From NCBI GenBank assembly GCA_976226885.1, contig OZ320315.1, positions 67,146,001 through 67,210,000 of the forward strand: a stretch of DNA of 64,000 nucleotides. Reading direction: 5' to 3'. Shown here piece by piece: positions 53,300 through 61,254 of the stretch; positions within the stretch are counted from its first letter, which is position 1; each line of letters begins with the position of its first letter. Made by a program: the position numbers and the translations under genes. The stretch is from Iphione sp. A-MEVVRFRX5 (Eukaryota). The notes beneath the pieces are model-generated. The model ran no database searches and was not told where the DNA came from. It saw nothing but the letters and a program-made list of their open reading frames with translations.

Positions 53300-54957
53300 G
53301 TGAGTGATTACTTATGTCAAAATAACCAAATATGACAAGATCAAAAGCACTGAAACAGACGGAAAAGGATAAAAAACAACCAAAAAAGGGAACCGAACCA
53401 AAAAATGGAGAGAATGACGATGATCTACTACTAACAGAGGAATTTTCAAAGGCAAATTTGAATCAAACGGCCCTATCGGACAAGGATACCGAGCGGGATC
53501 ACCGAACATCGCCCAAACCAGCGGGAGGACGCGACAACAGTGACCGTTGTTTGACCGTCATGGACCGCACGGTCCAAGAACTCATTGACCACAATACAGC
53601 AGCCCTAAAACTACACACAGCGGCTTTGAACAACATTCTACAAACAGAACAACAGGTACTGGATGAGCTAAAGGGACTTCGAGACGATTACCAAAAGAAC
53701 AGAAAAGTAAGTGAAAGTCTGATTGAAAAATTGTCCAGGGAAAATAATCTCCTCAAGGAGCAACTAGACTCAGCAATGGCGCGAATCAAAACACTTGAAA
53801 ATTCAAGAATCGCTCCACGAGAAAATCAACCTGAACTAAACCCAGGTGATGATCACAACAATGAAATCAGAGGGGGAGCTGTTGATGAACTATCAGAGGA
53901 GGTTAATGACAAAAGGTGGAACCTCGTCGCCCATGGTATCCCGGAGGATAAAGCCCTTGACTTGTACAGGGAGGTACGTTCCCTACTGAGCTACTTAGAC
54001 CCAACAATTGAGGAAGAGGACATATTCAATATTGAACGTATTGGCATGTTCAAGGAAGGCAGGGAACGATCAATACTCATTGGATTCAATGCCTCTCAGG
54101 TACGTGACACAATTTATCGCAGAAGATTCAAATTAAAATCAAGTACCAACTATCAAGGAGTCTATCTCCGTGAAGATATTCCTCAGAGTTGCCGACAAAT
54201 CTATCAAAATCTACAAAATATTGCTGCTCTAGGAAGGAAAAATGGCATGAAAGCAAGTGTGAGTGGACTAACTCTACGAATTAATGGTCACTCGTACAAA
54301 CACACCGAGTTAGATCAGCTACCGAAGGGATTATCCCTCGAGGCCGCAAACATTCAAGAAACCGACGACTTGGTGGCATTTCGCGGAGCAAGCTGTAAAC
54401 TGTCTATGACGTATCCCACAGAAGTAGAATACGAGGGGGTAATGTATTCTAGCTGCGAACATGCGTTTCAATCAACTAAGGCCCACGTGTGTGAGGACGA
54501 ATCAGCTGTTGAAAATCTGAAGGGCATTTCAAATGGTCTCGTGGCCAGACGTGTCGGAAACGTCGTTACTCGCACAGCAAAGTGGAACAAAAAGGAGAGT
54601 TCTACACTCTATGAAATTCTCAAACTGAAATTTGGAAAAGAGGAGTTCAAAGAGACTCTGCTTGCTACAGACGATAAGGACCTTGTAGAAGTAAGTACTG
54701 ACTCAATAATGGGCAGTGGTTGCCATCTATACGATGATCGACTTCACAATGGTCAATACCCCGGAAAGAATCTTGTTGGGATGGCCCTTATGTGGTTACG
54801 TGCTGAGCTCCGAGAATCCCATTAAATCTGTATGGGATTGACTAAAACTATCTCTGACACTTGTGTATCATCATTTACATGCTTGTCATATTGAAAAGGT
54901 TCTAATCTGCTACCATAGATAAAAAAATAGTTAACATTTCATTTCGGTCATTTACAG
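53300..54957 (+). promoter_or_regulatory. Candidate intron spanning all of ORF1 (donor GTGAGT at 53300; branch-like TTAAC at 54931; acceptor TTTACAG at 54957)
   Basis: The donor lies 32 nt upstream of the ORF1 ATG. The pyrimidine tract + CAG ends 2 nt before the middle-ORF ATG. Sequence motifs only, no transcript evidence. Confidence 0.4.
53332..54825 (+). CDS. LINE ORF1 protein: coiled coil + RRM + CTD fused to a C-terminal NADAR (YbiA/DUF1768-like) domain
   Basis: Heptad-like region at aa ~80-158. ORF1-type RRM at aa ~194-272 (KRWNLVAHGIPED...IERIG...RSILIGF...RDTIYRRRFKLK). CTD follows (GVYLREDIP...LRINGHSY). aa ~347-495 match the NADAR pattern: AFRG..KLS..YP..VEYEGVMYSSCEHAFQSTKA...ARRVG...KW...LYEILKLKF...FKETLLAT.DKDLVE.S.D..(M)GSG...GKNLVGMALMWLRAEL. 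Confidence 0.88.
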   Translation: MTRSKALKQTEKDKKQPKKGTEPKNGENDDDLLLTEEFSKANLNQTALSDKDTERDHRTSPKPAGGRDNSDRCLTVMDRTVQELIDHNTAALKLHTAALNNILQTEQQVLDELKGLRDDYQKNRKVSESLIEKLSRENNLLKEQLDSAMARIKTLENSRIAPRENQPELNPGDDHNNEIRGGAVDELSEEVNDKRWNLVAHGIPEDKALDLYREVRSLLSYLDPTIEEEDIFNIERIGMFKEGRERSILIGFNASQVRDTIYRRRFKLKSSTNYQGVYLREDIPQSCRQIYQNLQNIAALGRKNGMKASVSGLTLRINGHSYKHTELDQLPKGLSLEAANIQETDDLVAFRGASCKLSMTYPTEVEYEGVMYSSCEHAFQSTKAHVCEDESAVENLKGISNGLVARRVGNVVTRTAKWNKKESSTLYEILKLKFGKEEFKETLLATDDKDLVEVSTDSIMGSGCHLYDDRLHNGQYPGKNLVGMALMWLRAELRESH

Positions 54958-54959
54958 AA

Positions 54960-55559
54960 ATGAATCCTTTGGTCAGGTATGTGGCGGACGAAACTGGCGT
55001 GGAATTAGCCTATCACCTACAGGAAACCTATGGTGACAGGATACTAATATCGTCTCACATATACCCTGGCCTAACGCCTGAATATCTTGCATCACACATT
55101 GCTACATTTCCTGACGGCCCATTCAGCTTCACGGTGGTGCGCCTAGGGCTGCACTCCTACGCCAGGGATGAGGAAGGTCACTGGAGATCCAGATGTACTG
55201 ACGACGACACAAGCCTCGAGGCAAGTGTCCCATCAACTCTGACGTCGATCAGCAATCATCTCAATGCAATGGGACACTCTGTTATTTACCTACCGATTAA
55301 TGGAGTATCCTTGCTGACCACTGATCATGCTGAACAAGACCTGTTGAACGCCCAAATTTGCCATTTTAACCTGGCGGTTGAAGAGGTCAATCTATTAGGA
55401 GGCCACACAACACCTGATACAGCCTGGCCGCTGCATGACTTTTCTGATGGTGATATCATATTTCGCCCCGAAGAATTAATTGGGGGTGTCAGAGTCAAGC
55501 ATCACATAGCATACAATTGGGCTTGTAATGTAGGCGATTACCTCCTCAGACTGCTATAA
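54960..55559 (+). CDS. Middle ORF, 199 aa, probable SGNH/GDSL esterase-like fold with degenerate catalytic residues
   Basis: Alternating beta/alpha pattern aligns by eye with the SGNH blocks: VRYVADETG (block I, GDS->ADE), SHIYPG (block II), TVVRLGLHS (block III, GxND->GLHS), SVIYLPI, helix LLNAQICHFNLAVEEVN, and ELIGGVRV...AYNWA (block V, DGxH->GGVR). Esterase domains are established in CR1/L2 ORF1 proteins. Confidence 0.6.
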   Translation: MNPLVRYVADETGVELAYHLQETYGDRILISSHIYPGLTPEYLASHIATFPDGPFSFTVVRLGLHSYARDEEGHWRSRCTDDDTSLEASVPSTLTSISNHLNAMGHSVIYLPINGVSLLTTDHAEQDLLNAQICHFNLAVEEVNLLGGHTTPDTAWPLHDFSDGDIIFRPEELIGGVRVKHHIAYNWACNVGDYLLRLL

Positions 55560-55648
55560 TTCAATTCCCCTACTTGGGAATCATTACATTCCTCTTAACC
55601 TTCTTCCACCATTATTACCTAATCTGTTAAATCTGAAGTCCTATTATA

Positions 55649-58429
55649 ATGAAGGGTCGTGGTATCATATTTTGGAATATCAGAAGCATTGTACCTAAAA
55701 TCGATGAAGTAAGGTCACTATTAGACAACCTTAGACCTTATATCTGTTGTATCACTGAAACTTGGTTATCTCCGACTATGACTAACGACATATTAAACCA
55801 TGATGATTATACTTTAATTCGACAAGATAGAGTATCCCCAGTAAAAAAACGAGGTGGAGGTATACTTGTATATGTTAAGAAGACTGAGGCTGTCACAGAA
55901 TGCCAAGACCTATCCTGCAATTCGGATAGTAGTGAATCAATCAGTCTTTTACTCCGTTCTCAACACCGTAAACCACTAGGGGTCACCGTTGTCTATTCCC
56001 CGCCATCTGGTAACAAGACTGAGTTAATAAAATATCTGGAAAATAACACTGCTGCATTGAAACGGAAGGGGGCTAAAGACATCGTTATAGGGGGTGATAT
56101 GAACATTGACTGGGCAAGAAAAAATCCAAATTCTATCAATCTTGATAAAGTCTGTTCTAAATTTGGATTGAAGCAATATATTAATGACCCGACAATAATT
56201 CATGAATCTAGCAAGTCAATTATTGATCTAATTTTCACTAATATGCTGAACATTAGTGAGAATGGGACAATTGATATCAATGTTAGTGATCATAAGCCGG
56301 TCTTTATACTGAATAAGAAAATCAGAGAAAGAAAAAAGAAAAATTCTTACATAGGTAGGGACTGGAGTAAGTACGACAAGAGTGCCTTACGAGACCATCT
56401 GCAACCAATAATTAATTATCATGAAAGCAATACGAACCCCTCAATTGATGACAAGTGGAATACTCTGTGTAGTGCCATTTTAGGGGCGGTTAAGGTCTTG
56501 TGTCCTAACAAAGCTAAAACTAGAAAGTCTGGTACTGATTGGATGACACCGGAACTTCTCGATGCAATTCGCAATCGTGATTATTTCCTAAAAAAGTACA
56601 CTTCAACCCAAAATATTGACGACCTTAGAATTTCAAAATTTTACAAATCAAAGGCCAAAAAACTTACCAAGCTAGCGAAACGAGAGTATTACAGAAGAAT
56701 ATTAGGAAATTGCACGACTGCGAAGGACTACTGGTCCTGTATAAACTCCTCCGTCCTAAACAAGGGTAAAGGTGCGTCTAAAATCAACCTGGTGGAAAAT
56801 GATGTAAGTCAATCAGATAGAGACACTCCAAATATCTTTAATGCCATGTTTGTCTCCCAGGCTCAAAATTTGTGTCATGACATCAATCTACCACACTTGG
56901 AATGGGATCCAAAATGGGACCTCATACCTGTAACTCATCAGTCTCTTGTAAAAAAGCTACTTCAGATCAAAACCAAAAAACCAAGTGGCATTGATGATGT
57001 TCCAACTACTGTACTTAAGGATGCTCTTCTAATAACCTCTGAATTGTTCCTCAATATTGTGAATGAAATAATTATGACAGGTAACTTCCCAGACACTTGG
57101 AAAATCGCAAGAATAACCCCGCTTCATAAAAAGGGATCAAAGGCAAAAAAGGAGAACTTCAGACCAATTGCTATACTTCCCCTGGTTGGTAAGTTAGTCG
57201 AAGCCGTTGTCCATGAACAGATGGTTAATTATCTTGAGAACAGTAAATTCTATTGTCGTGAGCAGCATGGCTTTCGACGCCAAAGAGGAACAAGCACTGC
57301 GTTCGCGGTATTTTTAAGAGACATTTACTCAGCAATTGACGAGGACAAATACGTGGCCAGTATCCTATTCGATTACTCTAAAGCCTTCGACGTTATCAAC
57401 CACGAACTGATACTACACTGTCTGAGACGATCCGGCATGGGTCCGAGAGCCTTAAGCTGGGCTTCTTCTTACCTAGAAGGTAGAAGCCAATTTGTCCGAT
57501 GTAATCAGGTAAACTCATCACTCCTGAAGGTTGAGCAGGGTGTTCCTCAAGGGAGCCTAATGGGCCCCTTAATGTTCTCTATTGTTATTAATTCCCTTCC
57601 CAGCTCGTTGTCTATAGCAAGTGCAGTTCTCTATGCTGATGATTTAACAATTACCTGCGTAGCGGCTAATGCACTAACACTGAGACTCAAGCTTCAACGT
57701 ACTATCAGGGATGTACATACTTGGTCACAGGCTAATGGCCTAACATTGAATACTGAGAAAACCCAGTACCTGTCGTTTGGTAGAGCCAACCAATTTGACC
57801 TTGACCTATCCATTGAAAATAAACAGATATCAAGGGTGACAAATTGCAAACTCCTAGGTTATGTGGTGGATGACAAATTGTCCTGGAGGCCAATGGTAGC
57901 TCAAACTAAACGAATAATCAGACAACGATCCACTGGTCTCTCCAAGCTTGTAAAATTTGTTCCTTTCAAGGATAGGCTAAGACTCTACCATGCATTTGTA
58001 TTGCCTTGTCTTGATTATGGACTCCCATTTGTTGTGAATGCGAGTAAATGCCTCGTTGATGATCTGCAAGTAGAAATGAACCGTGCGAGCAAATCTGTCC
58101 TCCTAGGCAGTACTAAATCCATGATGTCTGCCAGTAACCTACGTGGAAAGTCACGTCTTGATACAGTCAATGATAGAGGTAATAAGCAGCTGATCATGCT
58201 GATTCACAGGCTTCAGTGCATTACCGAATGTAAGATAAGATCACATCCAAAACACCTAAGAAGAAGTAGCCTTGGCAATATGCAATTAAAACAGCCTAAG
58301 AAGAGCCTGTTTCAAAATTCATTCTGGTATAGAGGGATAGCTGCTTGGAATAAGCTACCCTATCCAAGTAAGTCTAAACTGTCGGTGCGAGAATTCAGAA
58401 GAATTGTATATAGATGTTATCAGCCATAA
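55649..58429 (+). CDS. LINE ORF2: apurinic-like endonuclease + reverse transcriptase (926 aa, intact)
   Basis: APE motifs WNIRS, ITETWL, VVYSPP, GGDMNID, IIDLIFTN, SDHKPV. RT motifs FRPIAILP, QHGFR, FDYSKAFDVINH, GVPQGSLMGPLMF, LYADD, KLLGYVVD. C-terminal LYHAFVLPCLDYG and RGIAAWNKLP are typical of CR1/L2-like elements. No C-terminal CCHC seen. Confidence 0.97.
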   Translation: MKGRGIIFWNIRSIVPKIDEVRSLLDNLRPYICCITETWLSPTMTNDILNHDDYTLIRQDRVSPVKKRGGGILVYVKKTEAVTECQDLSCNSDSSESISLLLRSQHRKPLGVTVVYSPPSGNKTELIKYLENNTAALKRKGAKDIVIGGDMNIDWARKNPNSINLDKVCSKFGLKQYINDPTIIHESSKSIIDLIFTNMLNISENGTIDINVSDHKPVFILNKKIRERKKKNSYIGRDWSKYDKSALRDHLQPIINYHESNTNPSIDDKWNTLCSAILGAVKVLCPNKAKTRKSGTDWMTPELLDAIRNRDYFLKKYTSTQNIDDLRISKFYKSKAKKLTKLAKREYYRRILGNCTTAKDYWSCINSSVLNKGKGASKINLVENDVSQSDRDTPNIFNAMFVSQAQNLCHDINLPHLEWDPKWDLIPVTHQSLVKKLLQIKTKKPSGIDDVPTTVLKDALLITSELFLNIVNEIIMTGNFPDTWKIARITPLHKKGSKAKKENFRPIAILPLVGKLVEAVVHEQMVNYLENSKFYCREQHGFRRQRGTSTAFAVFLRDIYSAIDEDKYVASILFDYSKAFDVINHELILHCLRRSGMGPRALSWASSYLEGRSQFVRCNQVNSSLLKVEQGVPQGSLMGPLMFSIVINSLPSSLSIASAVLYADDLTITCVAANALTLRLKLQRTIRDVHTWSQANGLTLNTEKTQYLSFGRANQFDLDLSIENKQISRVTNCKLLGYVVDDKLSWRPMVAQTKRIIRQRSTGLSKLVKFVPFKDRLRLYHAFVLPCLDYGLPFVVNASKCLVDDLQVEMNRASKSVLLGSTKSMMSASNLRGKSRLDTVNDRGNKQLIMLIHRLQCITECKIRSHPKHLRRSSLGNMQLKQPKKSLFQNSFWYRGIAAWNKLPYPSKSKLSVREFRRIVYRCYQP

Positions 58430-58664
58430 ATGTGCTAATCACAAATTGCCCTGTACTGTGTAAATAGTGTACATAATCATGTATCTTACCTCTGTTTCGT
58501 TTCAAAGTCTAGAATTAGCCTTAATACGTACTTCACTTATGCCCAAATTATTCAATTTTTCATTCTTTTTTCTTATTTACTTTCCATTATTGCTCTTATT
58601 TTTTCCACCCTCTTGTATTCACGGGAATATCTCGATGTATTTCGCAGAATTGCATTGAGCAGTG

Positions 58665-58696
58665 AATAAATCAGATTTCAATTTCAATTTCAATTT
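58665..58696 (+). repeat. LINE 3' terminus: AATAAA plus (ATTTCA)3 tail
   Basis: gAATAAAtcagATTTCAATTTCAATTTCAATTT read directly; short tandem-repeat tails are characteristic of L2/CR1 elements. Confidence 0.85.
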
Positions 58697-60962
58697 ATTC
58701 ACATCAAAGACACGCCAGAAACACTCTACAGACACAATGGGAAATCCCAGATAAATCGAGGAAAAAATGTCACAAAAATGTATGTGTGCTGACTATCTCT
58801 GTCATATTTAACACTGAACGAAGGCACGTTTTGAAGATCATCTTAGTAGACTTTGAGGATGTAATACATCGGTTGACATTATACTGATAGTACTCAGTGA
58901 GTGCTTATACTTTATAAAATTCACAAGTAAAGAAACGACACATGCAAACTATGCGTATCGAATGTTTTATGAAGTATAAAGTTGAGTTACGTTCGGTAAT
59001 TTATTATAAAATCATTACTTGAAGATCATAACTTAAATAGCCGCAAGCCATACCTCCCAAGAAAGTGTCAAGATCATCTCAAAACCGATCAGATATGCAA
59101 AATCCATATCATCGAAATAAAGGACTTGAACTGTTTCGCTATATGCCTTTGATTGCAGTCTTTGATTTTGTTTAACTTGAAATTCATATTTCCCTTTCGG
59201 GTCAATAAACCCTCCATCAACCTTTTTTAGTCATTGTACTCGCATGGTGAACTATTGATCAAAGGTAGCCGCGATAGCTAGAATATAAAGCAATAAATCG
59301 AAAGGAAATGGTGTATAAAAGTATTCAGTGAACATTAACCAAACGTTACATTTGAACATAAGTAAACCTTCGTCAATCTTCAGATTTAGATGTTACATAC
59401 AACTGTTTCCAATTCTCTGTCGCCATCTGAAAATCTTGTTTTCCTATGAGAAATGAGACAATAAACTTATTACTATCATCATAATAAGATATAAAAACCT
59501 ACACATCTAGTTCTACACATCTATGTATTAATATAAGAACATCCTGTCGCGTCTGTTGTTATGAATACTGTTTCCTGTACAGCGACATCCACAATCTGTG
59601 GAGTGCCTCTATCAGTCCCGGACCAAATTACAACATCCCAGAGCATATAACCAACTGCTCACAAGTGCTCATCAGGCGCCGCAAATGGCGCCAGATTCGC
59701 TCACTCAAGCTCAGGCTTCGGTCGTTAGTGAGATACTCCATCTTGTTCTTTTTTTACGCTGTGACCCGCATTTGATTGTCTGCCGAATATTTGTTTTGTA
59801 GGGTACCAGCTGTGATATACATATATTTCCGCGAGGAGAACCTGGAGAAAGGAGAGTCGGCATATATTTACAAATATATGTTCATGTACATATATGGTAA
59901 AAATCTGTGTACAAATACATTTACACTCAACCTGTTTTCTTGATTTTACAGATCATGTTCGGTCTTGGAGAAAACGGAAACAACACCAAACATTGAGAGA
60001 AAAGGATATATAGCTGTATATAAAGGATTCTTTCCTGACATTTACCGATATTATATAATGCTCTTGGGTGACAGTGTATCACGTAAGTCCTTATCATATA
60101 TGTTACGAGTACTTTTCACGTGTGTCCTTACCCTGTTGGAAAGTAAGGAACAAACAGGTATAGCACATTGTATTAGCACTAGCTTGACCGAAAGTGTTAT
60201 TCACATTGAAAGCTTGAGATCCCACTGTATGGAAACCTTCTGCCTATACACAGCTGTTTGGAGAGGTAAGTAGGCTCTCTCCCTTACAGTTGCTTGCAAA
60301 AAACTGTATATTATACACGAGGTGGTCTATGCATACAAAGTGCGGAGGCGAGCAACCTGTGTTGGTGATGCTGAGACGGCGTGATTTGTGGCTGACTCAT
60401 TTTAGTACGATTCATCTCCAGCACCACTCGCTGCCGACTGTGACAGTAGTACAGGTACCACCAGCCATACACTCTCTGACGTCACAATTCACTGGGGAAT
60501 CACCTTGTCATCGGTATTCCCTCGTCTACGACTGCTGCCTTTCCGACAGTTAGTTGCAGGGAATGTACGCACTGCTTTAACCCTTCGCAGCGAATGTGTA
60601 CATTGTTTTGACCCTTAGCTTACCAAAATATTTTATTTCCAACCGGCAAGCGTCTCTTTCAATTTTGAATTAACACTTTGAAGGTCTGCTTTTGGTCTGA
60701 GTTGTGTTTCAAAATATAGCATCTCAAGTAAAATTATATGAGCATTGGCGAACATCCATTACTCTCCCCCTGCCTCCTCCACCGATCGTCAAAATTAAAA
60801 AGGCACAGTCAGTGCTGAATAGTGCTGTTTAAGAAGTAATCTTTCTATATATATACATCATTAAAGGCTGTGGCATTAAGAGAAAATCTCTTCTCCCAAT
60901 TTTAGATAGTTTGATTTGTTTATATCTCCTCCTATCTGCGAAAGGGTTCCAGAAAATTCACA

Positions 60963-61254
60963 CCATATGTAACTCACCCCATCACTGACTGACTGTATAC
61001 TGCTCTCATACCATAAGCAACACACCCCATTACTGATTGACTGCCTAATCTGCTCATACCATATGCAACTCACCCCATTACTGTCTGAGTGCATAGTCTA
61101 CTTACACCATAAGCAACTCGCCCTATCACTAACTGACTGCATGACCTAATCATACCATATGCATCTCACCCCATCATTGACTGAGAACATAATGCTCTTA
61201 TACCATATGCAGCTCACACAATCACTGACTGACTGCATAACCGACTCATACCAT
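60963..61254. repeat. 48-bp minisatellite, 6 copies
   Basis: Units start at 60963, 61011, 61059, 61107, 61155, 61203 (61251 partial); consensus approx CCATATGCAACTCACCCCATCACTGACTGACTGCATAxxxxCTCATA. Confidence 0.9.

Larger units (their letters stand above)
53021..58696 (+). mobile_element. Full-length or near full-length three-ORF non-LTR retrotransposon (CR1/L2-like, Jockey group); 5' boundary uncertain
   Basis: Three co-oriented open ORFs (53332-54825, 54960-55559, 55649-58429). ORF1 has a coiled coil + RRM, ORF2 has APE + RT. The 3' UTR carries AATAAA (58665-58670) and a short tandem-repeat tail ATTTCA x3+ (58675-58696). The 5' start is placed arbitrarily after the (TA)n run. Confidence 0.9.
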
